64,000 nucleotides of DNA from NCBI GenBank assembly GCA_030698885.1, contig JAUYLN010000020.1, positions 7,346 through 71,345 on the forward strand, in the 5' to 3' direction. Position numbers and translations under genes: made by a program. The DNA comes from a bacterium. GTDB lineage: Bacteria > Patescibacteriota > Minisyncoccia > 2-02-FULL-40-12 > IGHO2-01-FULL-4-A. This document shows positions 37,812 to 47,636 of this stretch, piece after piece (position 1 is the first letter of the stretch; each line of letters starts with the position of its first letter). The notes beneath the pieces were generated by a model. The model searched no databases, was not told the origin of the DNA, and worked only from the letters and a program-made list of their open reading frames with translations.

Positions 37812-38546
37812 ATGAAAGGAATAATACTTGCCGGAGGTCACGGTACCCGCCTATATCCGTTAACTCGTATCACATCAAAGCAGTTATTGCCGATATATGA
37901 CAGGCCGATGATATTTTATCCGCTACAGGTTCTGTTAATGGCGGGTATAAAGGAAATTTTGATTATCGTGGCCCCGGAAAGAGCCGGTGATTTTTTGAAT
38001 TTATTGGGTTCCGGTAAGAATTTTGGAGCTAAGTTTACTTATGAGATTCAGGATAAACCTGAAGGAATAGCGCAGGCCTTTATAATCGGCGCTGATTTTA
38101 TTGGAGACGATAGCGTGGCCCTAATCTTAGGAGATAATATTTTTGAAGATGACCTCTCGGAAACTATCAGGAATTTTAAAAAGGGCGGCAAAATTTTTAT
38201 TAGAGAAGTTAGTGATCCTGAGAGATTCGGAGTGGTTAAACTTGATAAGCTCGGGAAGCCTCAGAGGATTATTGAAAAACCTAAAAAATTTATTTCTAGC
38301 TATGCGATTACCGGTCTTTATGTTTTTGATAATAGGGTTGTGAAGATTGCGGAAAACCTGAAACCATCTAAGAGGGGCGAACTGGAGATAACAGATATAC
38401 AAGCGCGGTATCTGAAGATGGGTGAGTTAACGGTCCATACCATCAGAGGAGAGTGGATTGATACGGGCACATTTGACTCTTTGCTGAAGGCTTCAAATTG
38501 GGCCCGGCGACAAGCTAAAAGCAAAGCATCCGGCAGGCCTATATAG
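37812..38546 (+). CDS. Sugar-phosphate nucleotidyltransferase, RmlA-like (glucose-1-phosphate thymidylyltransferase family), short form
   Basis: MKGIILAGGHGTRLYPLT...KQLLPIYDRPMIFYPL... Confidence 0.7.
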   Translation: MKGIILAGGHGTRLYPLTRITSKQLLPIYDRPMIFYPLQVLLMAGIKEILIIVAPERAGDFLNLLGSGKNFGAKFTYEIQDKPEGIAQAFIIGADFIGDDSVALILGDNIFEDDLSETIRNFKKGGKIFIREVSDPERFGVVKLDKLGKPQRIIEKPKKFISSYAITGLYVFDNRVVKIAENLKPSKRGELEITDIQARYLKMGELTVHTIRGEWIDTGTFDSLLKASNWARRQAKSKASGRPI

Positions 38547-38625
38547 GCCCAAAATAGATCATTTGACCCGCTTCCCGCCTTCTGCTATTATGTAGACAGG
38601 CTTAGGGCCTTTATTTTATTCTTAG

Positions 38626-38706
38626 TCTACCAATTACGAATTTTGTACTAATATACTAATAGAATTTAAATTCGTATATTAGTGATTTAATTAGTAATTA
38701 GTAGAT
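38626..38706 (+). repeat. Intergenic nested-palindrome element, copy N (upstream of rpsL)
   Basis: TCTACCAATTACGAATTTTGTACTAATATAC...GTATATTAGTGATTTAATTAGTAATTAGTAGAT. Confidence 0.85.
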
Positions 38707-38709
38707 AAT

Positions 38710-39120
38710 ATGCCGACTTTTAACCAATTAATGAAACACCCAAGAAGGGTAGCAAAAGCGAAGGATACTTCGCCTGCTTTGTCATTTAGCTTCAACACCA
38801 TACACAACAGACCGACATACAGTCCGGCTCCGTTTAAAAGAGGAGTCGTAACTCAGGTTAGAACTGTAACTCCGAAAAAGCCTAACTCCGCCTTGAGAAA
38901 AGTTGCCCGTATAAGGCTGACAAACGGTATGGAAGTAACAGCGTATATTCCGGGCGAAGGCCACAATATTCAGGAACATGCTGTAGTGATGATAAGAGGC
39001 GGAAGAGTAAAGGATTTGCCGGGTGTCAGGTATCACATTGTCCGAGGCAGATTAGATGCTGCCGGAGTTGAGAAGCGAAGGCAACAGCGTTCTAAGTACG
39101 GCGCCAAGCGCCCCAAATAA
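38710..39120 (+). CDS. rpsL: 30S ribosomal protein S12
   Basis: S12 homology (...[11 protein letters not shown]...). Confidence 0.95.
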   Translation: MPTFNQLMKHPRRVAKAKDTSPALSFSFNTIHNRPTYSPAPFKRGVVTQVRTVTPKKPNSALRKVARIRLTNGMEVTAYIPGEGHNIQEHAVVMIRGGRVKDLPGVRYHIVRGRLDAAGVEKRRQQRSKYGAKRPK

Positions 39121-39201
39121 TCTACCAATTACTAATCGGGTACTAATGTACGAATAAAATCAGGATTAGTATATTAGTGATTTAATTAGTAATTAGTAGA
39201 T
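39121..39201 (+). repeat. Intergenic nested-palindrome element, copy O (rpsL->rpsG)
   Basis: TCTACCAATTACTAATCGGGTACTAATGTACG...GATTAGTATATTAGTGATTTAATTAGTAATTAGTAGAT. Confidence 0.85.
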
Positions 39202-39206
39202 AATAT

Positions 39207-39674
39207 ATGCGACGTCCAATCAAAAAAAGAGCAGAAGCAGAGCCGGATGCAAAATATTCATCACCATTGGTGGTGCGTCTTATCAACCAGGTAATGAAAA
39301 AAGGCAAAAAGTCTATTGCTCAAAAAATAGTTTATAGCGCCATGGAAAAACTTGAAAGGCAAAGTAAAAAACCTGCCCTTGAGGCGTTGGTAGAGGCGCT
39401 AGATAATGCCGGTCCCCAGGTTGAGCTAAGGTCGCGAAGAGTCGGCGGAGCCAATTATCAGGTTCCTCATGAGGTCCGAGGAGACAGAAAAGTTACTTTA
39501 GCTTTGCGCTGGATATTGATTGCAGCCAGAAGCCAGAAAGGCAAACCCATGGATGAAAGACTGGCTGAAGAGTTAAATAATGCCATAAACAATACCGGAC
39601 TAGCCATTAAGAAGAAATTAGATACACACAAGATGGCGGATGCTAATAAGGCATTTGCCCATTTCTCTTGGTAA
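39207..39674 (+). CDS. rpsG: 30S ribosomal protein S7
   Basis: S7 homology. Confidence 0.95.
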   Translation: MRRPIKKRAEAEPDAKYSSPLVVRLINQVMKKGKKSIAQKIVYSAMEKLERQSKKPALEALVEALDNAGPQVELRSRRVGGANYQVPHEVRGDRKVTLALRWILIAARSQKGKPMDERLAEELNNAINNTGLAIKKKLDTHKMADANKAFAHFSW

Positions 39675-39675
39675 T

Positions 39676-41787
39676 ATGGAACGAGATTATCCGATTGAAA
39701 AAATTAGGAACATAGGAATTATCGCCCACATAGACGCCGGAAAGACTACGGTTTCCGAGCGTGTTTTATTTTACACAGGCCTTTCTTACAAAATAGGAGA
39801 GGTGCATGAGGGCGCGGCCGTAATGGACTGGATGGAACAGGAAAGAGAGCGCGGTATTACCATTACCTCTGCCGCCGTTACTACTTACTGGATACCGACC
39901 TATGCGAATCATAATAAAGAATTTGAACGCAGGATAAATATCATTGATACTCCCGGCCACGTGGATTTTACGGTTGAAGTAGAGCGCTCGCTTCGTGTTC
40001 TGGATGGTGGAGTAGTTGTGTTTGACGGAGTCGCCGGCGTTGAGCCCCAATCCGAGACTGTTTGGCGTCAGGCCGAAAAATATCATGTACCAAGAATGTG
40101 TTTTATAAATAAGCTTGACCGCATGGGAGCTTCCTTTGAGCGTTCTTACCGTTCAATACTTGAAAGACTCACGCCGAATGCCATTCGCATGCAGATACCG
40201 GACGGCGAGGAAGATAAGTTTATGGGAGTAGTTAATCTGCTTGAAATGAAATATTTTAAATTTGAAGGCGCTCACGGAGAAAGTGTTGTTGAGGCGGATA
40301 TTCCATCCGAGGAACTTAAAACAAGAGCCCAGGAGTTAAGGGCCGAGCTTATTGAAAAAATAGTTGAGAATGATGATAAGGCTATGGCTGATTATCTTGA
40401 AGGCAGGGAAGTCCCGGTTGACGAGCTTAAAAAAATACTTCGCAAAGCAGTTCTGGGCAACAAACTAGTACCGGTTTTTGCCGGCTCTGCCTTAAAAAAT
40501 AGAGGGGTTCAATTCATGCTGGATGGCGTGGTTGATTATCTCCCGTCGCCCTTGGATGTGCCTGCTGTAACCGGCACCGATCCGAAAACTGATGAGAAAA
40601 TAACAAGAGAAGCCAAAGACGAAGAGCCATTTGCCGCACTGGCTTTCAAGATTGCCACAGATCCATTCGTCGGTCAGCTGACATTCTTCAGGGTATACTC
40701 AGGCCAGCTGTCGGCGGGTTCTTACGCCTTAAACAGTACATCGCGAAATCAGGAAAGAATCGGCAGAATAGTCAGAATGAAATCTAATGACAGGGAAGAA
40801 ATAAAAGAAGTATTTGCCGGAGGCATTGCTGCCGCGGTGGGCCTTAAAGGCACCAAAACTGGCGATACATTATGTGATCCGGAGCATCCTATAATTCTTG
40901 AAAATATTGTTTTTCCGGAGCCTGTCATATCTCTTCGTATTGAGCCAAAAAGTAAAGCTGACCAGGAAAAAATGGGCATGGCTTTAAGCAAGCTTGTAAT
41001 GGAAGACCCAACTTTTAGGGTTAAGGGCGACATAGAAACAGGAGAAACTATAATCAGCGGAATGGGCGAGCTTCATTTGGATATTTTGGTGGACAGAATG
41101 AAAAGGGAGTTTAAGGTGGAAGCTAATATCGGCAGGCCACAAGTCGCGTATAAAGAAACTATCAAAAGCAATGCCGAAGCCGAAGGTAAATATATTAAAC
41201 AATCCGGCGGACGCGGTCAGTATGGACATGTCAGGATGAGAATTGAACCGCTTGAGCGTGGCAAGGGATTTGAGTTTGTAAATGCTATAAAAGGAGGCGC
41301 GATTCCGCAAGAATTTATCCCGGCTGTTGAAAAGGGTGCTCACGAAGCTGTGGATAAGGGCGTTATCGCGGGATTTCCGCTGGTTGACGTGAAAGCCACG
41401 GTTTATGACGGTTCCTATCACGAAGTTGATTCATCTGAAGTAGCTTTCAAGATTGCAGCTTCAATGGCTCTGCAGGAAGCCGCAAAGCGTGCCAAGCCTA
41501 TTTTGCTTGAGCCTGTTATGAAGGTAGAAGTAATCATGCCTGATGAATTCATGGGCGAAATAACCGGTGATTTAAGTTCCCGCAGAGGCAGGATAGAACA
41601 GATGGGCGACCGCTCGCCGCTTAATCTAAAAGTTATTGATGCTAAAGTTCCGCTTTCCGGCATGTTCGGTTATGCCACAACCTTGCGTTCACTCACTCAG
41701 GGCAGGGGAACATATACGATGGAGTTTGATAATTATGAAGAAGTTCCCGCTAATGTTGCTGCTCAAGTAACAGAAGGAAAGAAATAG
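39676..41787 (+). CDS. fusA: Elongation factor G
   Basis: [25 protein letters not shown]... Start set at the conserved Met 2 nt after the rpsG stop (the track ORF starts at 39640). Confidence 0.95.
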   Translation: MERDYPIEKIRNIGIIAHIDAGKTTVSERVLFYTGLSYKIGEVHEGAAVMDWMEQERERGITITSAAVTTYWIPTYANHNKEFERRINIIDTPGHVDFTVEVERSLRVLDGGVVVFDGVAGVEPQSETVWRQAEKYHVPRMCFINKLDRMGASFERSYRSILERLTPNAIRMQIPDGEEDKFMGVVNLLEMKYFKFEGAHGESVVEADIPSEELKTRAQELRAELIEKIVENDDKAMADYLEGREVPVDELKKILRKAVLGNKLVPVFAGSALKNRGVQFMLDGVVDYLPSPLDVPAVTGTDPKTDEKITREAKDEEPFAALAFKIATDPFVGQLTFFRVYSGQLSAGSYALNSTSRNQERIGRIVRMKSNDREEIKEVFAGGIAAAVGLKGTKTGDTLCDPEHPIILENIVFPEPVISLRIEPKSKADQEKMGMALSKLVMEDPTFRVKGDIETGETIISGMGELHLDILVDRMKREFKVEANIGRPQVAYKETIKSNAEAEGKYIKQSGGRGQYGHVRMRIEPLERGKGFEFVNAIKGGAIPQEFIPAVEKGAHEAVDKGVIAGFPLVDVKATVYDGSYHEVDSSEVAFKIAASMALQEAAKRAKPILLEPVMKVEVIMPDEFMGEITGDLSSRRGRIEQMGDRSPLNLKVIDAKVPLSGMFGYATTLRSLTQGRGTYTMEFDNYEEVPANVAAQVTEGKK

Positions 41788-41815
41788 TCGCTCGTGCATA
41801 CTATCAACTTTTAAA

Positions 41816-41878
41816 GGTACGACACATCCGCCTGCTGGCGGATTGTCTTTTGTTCGCGCCGTCGCGCTCCACAGAACC
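41816..41878. repeat. Second copy of the GGTACGACA...CGCCTGCTGGCG... repeat (first copy at 12475-12537)
   Basis: Near-identical to the copy downstream of rplB. Confidence 0.6.
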
Positions 41879-41920
41879 TTTAAAAATTAATAGTATGCCA
41901 CTCGCTTGGGGTGGAGGGAT

Positions 41921-41980
41921 AAAATTACAATTTATTTACAACCGCTCGCTCAAATAAATTAAAAACTATGGCTGGCCTCG
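41921..41980. repeat. Solo copy of the MITE terminal repeat (AAAATTACAATTTATTTACAACCGCTCGCTCAAATAAATTAAAAACTATGGCTGGCCTCG)
   Basis: ~90% identical to TIR-R at 34833-34891. Confidence 0.6.
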
Positions 41981-42018
41981 CTTGGGCTGGGTAAGGCCTT
42001 ATACTGATTTTGCTATTT

Positions 42019-42066
42019 GCCCGCCTAAATTTTCACAAGGAAAGTTTGGCGGGCCTTTTGTTTTTT
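42019..42066 (+). terminator. Rho-independent terminator after fusA (gcccgcc...ggcgggc + T-run)
   Basis: 7-bp GC stem with a long loop and ccttttgtttttt tail. Confidence 0.6.
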
Positions 42067-42165
42067 ATAACTAGTTTATACAAAGGGCATCTTTGTAATT
42101 ACAAAGATGCCCTTTGTTGTGCCTGATACTGGATACTTAATACTTAATACGATATAATAATTTTA

Positions 42166-42882
42166 ATGAGACTATCCATAATAATTCCCGCTTACAATGA
42201 ATCAAAAAGAATTGAGAAGACGCTTCTTAGCGTCCATGAGTATTTATCCAAGCAAGATTATGAGTACGAGATATTAGTAGTGAATGATGGCTCAAAAGAT
42301 AATACAGCTGAGGTAGTTAAAAATCTTGAATCGCAGGTCAGGGGTTTAAAACTTATAGATAATAAAGAAAATCACGGCAAGGGCTGGGCGGTAAAACAGG
42401 GGATGCTTCAAGCAAAAGGCGAGGCGAGATTATTTATGGATGCTGATAACTCTACAACCGTTGACCAGGTTGCCGGTTTTTTGCCGTTTTTCGGGGAAGG
42501 ATTTGATATTGTTATCGGTTCCCGCCGGATTAAGGGCTCTGATATTGCGGTGCATCAGCCGTGGTTCAGGGATTTTCTCGGCGGAGCATTCAGACTTATA
42601 GTCCACATTTTGGTTCCGCTGGGAGTTACTGACTCTCAGGCGGGATTTAAAGTATTTTCGGCCAAAGCTACGGAGGCGATATTTCCAAGGCAGACAATAT
42701 TTCGCTGGGCGTTTGATGTTGAAATTTTGGCAATTGCCCGTAAAATGAAGTTTAAGATAAAAGAAGCACCGATAAAGTGGGTTAATGACACTGAAAGTAA
42801 GGTTAAACTGTCGGGCATGATAAAAATGTTGTTTGAAGTTATTCAGGTAAGATTGAATTTGTGGGGCGGGAAATATAAGTAA
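42166..42882 (+). CDS. Glycosyltransferase family 2 (polyprenyl-phosphate glycosyltransferase-like)
   Basis: MRLSIIIPAYNESKRI...VNDGSKD... Confidence 0.75.
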   Translation: MRLSIIIPAYNESKRIEKTLLSVHEYLSKQDYEYEILVVNDGSKDNTAEVVKNLESQVRGLKLIDNKENHGKGWAVKQGMLQAKGEARLFMDADNSTTVDQVAGFLPFFGEGFDIVIGSRRIKGSDIAVHQPWFRDFLGGAFRLIVHILVPLGVTDSQAGFKVFSAKATEAIFPRQTIFRWAFDVEILAIARKMKFKIKEAPIKWVNDTESKVKLSGMIKMLFEVIQVRLNLWGGKYK

Positions 42883-42964
42883 TCTACTAATTACTAATAA
42901 AATCACTAATATACGAATAAGATTAAAATTTAGTATATTCGTATCAGATTAGTAATTGGTAGAT
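42883..42964 (+). repeat. Intergenic nested-palindrome element, copy P (GT2->galT-like)
   Basis: TCTACTAATTACTAATAAAATCACTAATATACG...GTATATTCGTATCAGATTAGTAATTGGTAGAT. Confidence 0.85.
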
Positions 42965-42969
42965 GATTC

Positions 42970-43971
42970 ATGAATGAATTCCGACAAGATATAGTTTCCG
43001 GGGAGTGGGTGCTTTTTGCGCCTGATCGTGCTAAGCGTGGCATCAGGGTTTTGCAATGCGAAGAATTGAACAGAGATAAAGAAAAATGCCCCTTTGAAGA
43101 TTTAGAAGGTAACGGCAATACGGTTCTTAAAACATACGACTGGGACGGTTGGGACGGTTGGTTTGCAAAGGTTATAAATAATAAATATCCCGCTGTTGCG
43201 AGAAACTGTATTGACGAAGAGGCGGAAATTAAAAAAATTGGCCCCTTCAGAAGCACCGAGGCCCGGGGTGCGCACGAGGTAATAGTTTACGGCAATCACG
43301 ACAAACTGATGATGGAGTTTGATGAGAAAGAAATGGCCCAAGTATTCAGGATATATAAAGACCGTTATGAAGTTATAACCAAAGAATGTGCCAGTGAATT
43401 TATTCTGATATTTAATAATCACGGTTCAAAAGCCGGAGGCTCCCTATATCATCCCCATTCACAGATAATATCAACCCCCGTTATGCCACCGGATGTTGAA
43501 GCGAGCGTTAAGGGTTCGGAAAGATATTATATGGAATATAAGGAGAAGGTTTATGATGCCATGATTAGGTACGAGATGCAGGAGGGTAAGAGAATAATAG
43601 CGGAAAATGATGATTTTGTGGCATTCTGTCCTTTTGCTTCCAAGACTCCTTACGAGATGAGGGTTTTTCCAAAAGAGGATGGCGCGCACTTCAATGATAT
43701 ATCTGAAAATAATATCATTAATCTGGGCGATATAGTCAGTAAGATACTAAAAAAAATGGATAAAGTTTTAAAGAGGCCGGACTATAATTTTTTCATTCAC
43801 ACTTCGCCCTTGCATCGCCGCTGGGAAAAGCCCGAATATTTTTATACATGGCATATAGAGATATTGCCCAAGATATCTTTAGTCGGCGGTTTTGAAATAG
43901 GTAGTGGCATTTATGTGAATGTCATTGATCCGGATGATGCCGCAAGGCAGATGCGAGACGCTGAAATATAA
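42970..43971 (+). CDS. Galactose-1-phosphate uridylyltransferase-like (GalT/HIT superfamily)
   Basis: An N-terminal Cys/His cluster and ...GSLYHPHSQI..., an HxHxQ nucleotidyl-transfer motif. Confidence 0.6.
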   Translation: MNEFRQDIVSGEWVLFAPDRAKRGIRVLQCEELNRDKEKCPFEDLEGNGNTVLKTYDWDGWDGWFAKVINNKYPAVARNCIDEEAEIKKIGPFRSTEARGAHEVIVYGNHDKLMMEFDEKEMAQVFRIYKDRYEVITKECASEFILIFNNHGSKAGGSLYHPHSQIISTPVMPPDVEASVKGSERYYMEYKEKVYDAMIRYEMQEGKRIIAENDDFVAFCPFASKTPYEMRVFPKEDGAHFNDISENNIINLGDIVSKILKKMDKVLKRPDYNFFIHTSPLHRRWEKPEYFYTWHIEILPKISLVGGFEIGSGIYVNVIDPDDAARQMRDAEI

Positions 43972-44033
43972 TCTACTAATTACTCGTATGTTCCTTATTA
44001 GTATATTGGTGATTTTATTGGTAATTAGTAGAT
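43972..44033 (+). repeat. Intergenic nested-palindrome element, copy Q (galT-like->tpiA), short form
   Basis: TCTACTAATTACTCGTATG...TTAGTATATTGGTGATTTTATTGGTAATTAGTAGAT. Confidence 0.8.
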
Positions 44034-44037
44034 TTAC

Positions 44038-44799
44038 ATGAAAAAACTAATCATCGCAAACTGGAAAGATAACCCTGCAACCGCCAAAGAGGCGGAAGAG
44101 CTTTTTTATTTTTACTATGATGCCTATTCGGAATTAAGAGATAAGATAGACCTAGTCGTTTGCCCGCCAGCAGTCTATATTCAGGAGTTGGCTGCAATAT
44201 CAAAGAGCATGCCTCTGGGCGCCCAGGATGTGTCCTGGGAGAGTTCGGTGGGTCCTCATACCGGAGAAATTACTGCTGATGTTTTGAAAAATTTAGGCGT
44301 GGAGTACGTTTTGGTCGGACATTCAGAGCGCAGATACGGCATAGGCGAGAGCGATGAGGTTATAAGCAAAAAACTAAAGGCAGCCCTTTCTGCCGGATTA
44401 ACCCCGGTGCTTATCGTAGGAGAAAGGAATAATCAGGATGACCGTAAAAAAATAATTGAAGAGCAGTTAGCGATTGACCTGGATGCCCTGGATCCGGAAA
44501 GCGTATCAAAGATTATTCTGGCTTATGAGCCGGTGTGGGCTATCAGTACAAGCCAAGATGGTCATCCGGACACACCCCAAAACGCATTTGATGCACTTGG
44601 CGAAATTAAGAATTTCGTCTTTGAAACTTACCGGGTCAGGCCGGATGCGTATAGGTCCGTTTATGGCGGAAGCATTACCGAAGGCAATGTAGCTGCTTTT
44701 CTGGGTCATGATGAAATAAATGGCGCCCTGATAGGAGGAGCAAGCCTTCGCAAAGAAGAGTTCTCCAGTATTTTAAAGATAGTCAGCGAGCTTAAATGA
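44038..44799 (+). CDS. tpiA: Triosephosphate isomerase
   Basis: ...VLVGHSERR... and the TIM barrel motifs. Confidence 0.9.
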   Translation: MKKLIIANWKDNPATAKEAEELFYFYYDAYSELRDKIDLVVCPPAVYIQELAAISKSMPLGAQDVSWESSVGPHTGEITADVLKNLGVEYVLVGHSERRYGIGESDEVISKKLKAALSAGLTPVLIVGERNNQDDRKKIIEEQLAIDLDALDPESVSKIILAYEPVWAISTSQDGHPDTPQNAFDALGEIKNFVFETYRVRPDAYRSVYGGSITEGNVAAFLGHDEINGALIGGASLRKEEFSSILKIVSELK

Positions 44800-45923
44800 T
44801 AAAATACATTGATGAATTAAGGGAGGACGAGCTAAAAGATAAAAAAGTTCTGTTGCGGACGGATTTTGATGTCCCTTTCGTGAATGGCCGGATTCAGGAA
44901 GATTTCCGCATTAAAGCCCAAAAAGAAACCATTGATTATCTTATCGGTCTGGGAGCAAAAGTGGTTATGGTTGCTCATATTTCTGCCATCGATTCTTTTG
45001 AAGAGCTTGTTCCCCAGCTTCGTATAATACTAGGTCGCGAATTTGGATTTATAAAAAAGTTAGAGCAATTAGGTCAATTAGAGCAATTAGGTCAATTGAT
45101 TTTGTTAGATAACATCCGCCAGGATTCCCGCGAAGAGAAAAATAACGAGGGGTTTGCCCAAGAGCTATCTGAGGGTTTTGATATTTATGTAAATAATGCT
45201 TTTGCCGTTTCTCATCGTAACCATGCTTCGGTTTCGGCCGTTACCAAAAAACTGCCAGCATATGGCGGATTATTGATAAAAAAAGAGATAGCAGGCTTAT
45301 CCCGTGCCATTGATTGTCCGGCCGAAGGCAAGATATTAGTTCTAGGCGGAGCCAAGATATCTACCAAAATGCCCGTCATTGCCAATTTTTTTGATAAAGC
45401 CGAGAAGATATTGGTCGGAGGGGCAATAGCAAACAATTTTTTTAAAGTTCTGGGAATTGATGTAGGCTCTTCATTAGTTGATAATAATGTTTCTGTAAAT
45501 ATTAAAAGCGAAAAGGTAATCTTGCCGGAAGATATATTGATAGCTGACAAAAAAACCAACGAGATGGAGGATGGCGCCAGTTCGCTCAAGAATGTTAAGG
45601 AGGGCTATTTCATAGCTGACATTGGGCCTAAAAGCGTTCAAAAATTTTGCGAGATAATAAAAGGGGCTAAGATGGTCATCTGGAATGGCCCGATGGGATA
45701 TGCTGAAATAGAAAAGTTTTCACACGCTACCCATATGATAGCCAAGGCTGTTGCTGATTCCGAAGCGGAAAGCATTGTCGGGGGAGGCGATACAGTGGCA
45801 TTAGTCAGAGAATTGAATATAATGGATAAGTTCAGCTATGTTTCAACCGGTGGCGGGGCGATGCTGGAGTTTCTGACTGGAAACAAACTGCCGGGACTTG
45901 AAGTGTTGGGATACTATAATTAA
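44796..45923 (+). CDS. pgk: Phosphoglycerate kinase, containing an in-frame 18-bp tandem duplication that encodes LEQLGQ-LEQLGQ
   Basis: PGK N- and C-domain motifs. Its ATG overlaps the tpiA stop. Confidence 0.9.
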   Translation: MIKYIDELREDELKDKKVLLRTDFDVPFVNGRIQEDFRIKAQKETIDYLIGLGAKVVMVAHISAIDSFEELVPQLRIILGREFGFIKKLEQLGQLEQLGQLILLDNIRQDSREEKNNEGFAQELSEGFDIYVNNAFAVSHRNHASVSAVTKKLPAYGGLLIKKEIAGLSRAIDCPAEGKILVLGGAKISTKMPVIANFFDKAEKILVGGAIANNFFKVLGIDVGSSLVDNNVSVNIKSEKVILPEDILIADKKTNEMEDGASSLKNVKEGYFIADIGPKSVQKFCEIIKGAKMVIWNGPMGYAEIEKFSHATHMIAKAVADSEAESIVGGGDTVALVRELNIMDKFSYVSTGGGAMLEFLTGNKLPGLEVLGYYN

Positions 45924-46062
45924 TTGACATTGTGTCAATTAATTAAAATCCTAAGTCCAAAATCCTAAATTCTAAATAAAATTGAAATTATAAATGGTTT
46001 GAAAATTGGGATTTTAGATATTGGGATTTGTTTAGAAATTAGATATTAGGATTTAGAAATTT
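45919..46062. repeat. Palindrome TAATTAATTGACA-TTG-TGTCAATTAATTA at the pgk stop, followed by a long imperfect inverted repeat of the AGGATTTAGAAATT family
   Basis: Left arm aatcctaagtccaaaatcctaaattctaaat; right arm atttagaaattagatattaggatttagaaattt. Confidence 0.55.
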
Positions 46063-46094
46063 GGGGGCAGTATAAATATAAATTATTTTTAAAT

Positions 46095-46553
46095 ATGGTT
46101 AAGGCCGATATAAATAACAAGGAATTATATATAATCCACACTGATGGCGGTTCGCGGGGCAATCCCGGCCCGTCTGCTATTGGCGTGGTCATAGCCGATT
46201 ACGACGGTTCGCTTAAGAAAGAATATTCGGAGTACATAGGCGAAACAACGAATAACGAAGCCGAATACCAGGCCATAATTTTTGCTTTGAAAAAATTAAA
46301 ACAGCTTATCGGTAAGGAAAAAGCTTCAAATGCGAAGCTGGAATTTCATGTGGACAGCGAGCTTGCAGTTAAACAGCTAAACGGTGAATATAAACTGAAT
46401 GATAAAAATATTCAGAGATTTTTTATTGAGATTTGGAATAATAAATTAGATTACGGTGAGGTAACTTTTAAGCATGTGCCCAGAGAAGACAATAAAGAAG
46501 CCGACAAATTGGTAAATGCGGCCTTAGATAAAGAATTAAACAAATTATTTTAA
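46095..46553 (+). CDS. rnhA: Ribonuclease H (RNase HI-like)
   Basis: ...IIHTDGGSRGNPGPSAIGVV...NNEAEYQAII...HVPREDNKEADKL..., the DEDD catalytic residues. Confidence 0.75.
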   Translation: MVKADINNKELYIIHTDGGSRGNPGPSAIGVVIADYDGSLKKEYSEYIGETTNNEAEYQAIIFALKKLKQLIGKEKASNAKLEFHVDSELAVKQLNGEYKLNDKNIQRFFIEIWNNKLDYGEVTFKHVPREDNKEADKLVNAALDKELNKLF

Positions 46554-46557
46554 ATAA

Positions 46558-46639
46558 TCTACCAATTACGAATTAAATCACTAATATACGAATGAGAAGT
46601 CTTGATTAGTATATTGGTATAAAATTAGTAATTAGTAGG
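46558..46639 (+). repeat. Intergenic nested-palindrome element, copy R (rnhA->DoxX)
   Basis: TCTACCAATTACGAATTAAATCACTAATATACG...GATTAGTATATTGGTATAAAATTAGTAATTAGTAGG. Confidence 0.85.
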
Positions 46640-46648
46640 CATTGCACT

Positions 46649-47041
46649 ATGTTTAAAAAAGTATTCAGTTGCTCTGATTATAATCTGGCCATGCTTTTGG
46701 GCCGTATCGGAGCGGGCTCGGTTTTTCTAGCCCATGGCTTGCAGAAGTTGGGGAACCTGGACGGCACTTCAATGTTCATGGCCAGTCTTGGTCTGCCTTC
46801 ATTTTTCGGCCCATTTATTATGGCTGTTGAAGTTTTGGGCGGACTTGCCCTTATAGTCGGGGCATTTTCAAGAATCGCCGGCCTTGTTTTGGCCGTGGAT
46901 ATGGCTTTTGCCATTTGCCTGGTCAAATTCTCAAAGGGTTTTATCGGCGGTTATGAGTTTGAGTTGTTGTTATTGCTTGTCGCGCTCGGTATTCATCTGG
47001 CCGGTCCCGGAAAGTATGCTGTCGGTAAAGATTGGTGGTAG
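46649..47041 (+). CDS. DoxX-family membrane protein
   Basis: Four TM segments; ...MLLGRIGAGSVFLAHGLQKL... is DoxX-like. Confidence 0.55.
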   Translation: MFKKVFSCSDYNLAMLLGRIGAGSVFLAHGLQKLGNLDGTSMFMASLGLPSFFGPFIMAVEVLGGLALIVGAFSRIAGLVLAVDMAFAICLVKFSKGFIGGYEFELLLLLVALGIHLAGPGKYAVGKDWW

Positions 47042-47055
47042 ATGTTAATATAGTT

Positions 47056-47087
47056 AAAAACCGTCCCGTCAAACGGGACGGTTTTTT
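47056..47087 (+). terminator. Rho-independent terminator (aaaaaccgtcccg-tcaaa-cgggacggtttttt)
   Basis: Perfect 13-bp stem plus T-run. Confidence 0.7.
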
Positions 47088-47105
47088 AGTTCGGGCAGAT
47101 TGCTG

Positions 47106-47135
47106 TTGACAAATATCCGATAGTCCTGCTATATT
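47106..47135 (+). promoter_or_regulatory. Sigma70-type promoter TTGACA-18 nt-TATATT (with TGn) for ORF 47173
   Basis: Consensus -35, extended -10, and SD AAGGAG 7 nt before the ATG. Confidence 0.55.
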
Positions 47136-47172
47136 ATTGGTGCTTAGAAAGTTACCTTAACAAGGAGTTGCC

Positions 47173-47577
47173 ATGGGCATGACTAGAAAAACCTTTTTAG
47201 TGGCGATAATTTCAGCTCCGGTCATTGCTATTAAGTCTTTAATGGCACAGCCGTTCTCAATAAATAACTCAAGGAAAATTGGTTCGGTATCCTATATTTC
47301 TAATGAAGATTTTATTGGAAAATATTACAAAGAGCTTGGGTATCCGCCCAAAGGCATGCTCAGGATTATTTGCGGAGATATGGTTAGCTGGCTTATGGTA
47401 TGGGTAAAGGGTGATTATGGAAATCTTGAAAATGCCAAAAAAGCTGCCGACGAATGCTGTTGTTTTGATACTAGCGGCAGCATGTACTGGGCCAGTGTGT
47501 ATGATCACAAGGGTCGTAGAATATATCAAGGGGCAAACAGAAGAAAGGCAAACAGAAGAAATACTAGTTTGGCCTGA
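47173..47577 (+). CDS. Hypothetical secreted protein (signal peptide, CCC motif)
   Basis: Monocistronic unit with its own promoter, SD and terminator. Confidence 0.4.
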   Translation: MGMTRKTFLVAIISAPVIAIKSLMAQPFSINNSRKIGSVSYISNEDFIGKYYKELGYPPKGMLRIICGDMVSWLMVWVKGDYGNLENAKKAADECCCFDTSGSMYWASVYDHKGRRIYQGANRRKANRRNTSLA

Positions 47578-47589
47578 TTAATTTCAAAT

Positions 47590-47616
47590 CCCCGCACCTT
47601 TCAACGGCGCGGGTTT
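47590..47616 (+). terminator. Terminator hairpin (cccgcacc-tttcaac-ggcgcggg + T-run)
   Basis: Stem-loop followed by tttttaatt. Confidence 0.5.
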
Positions 47617-47636
47617 TTAATTGCCGTGAGATAACA

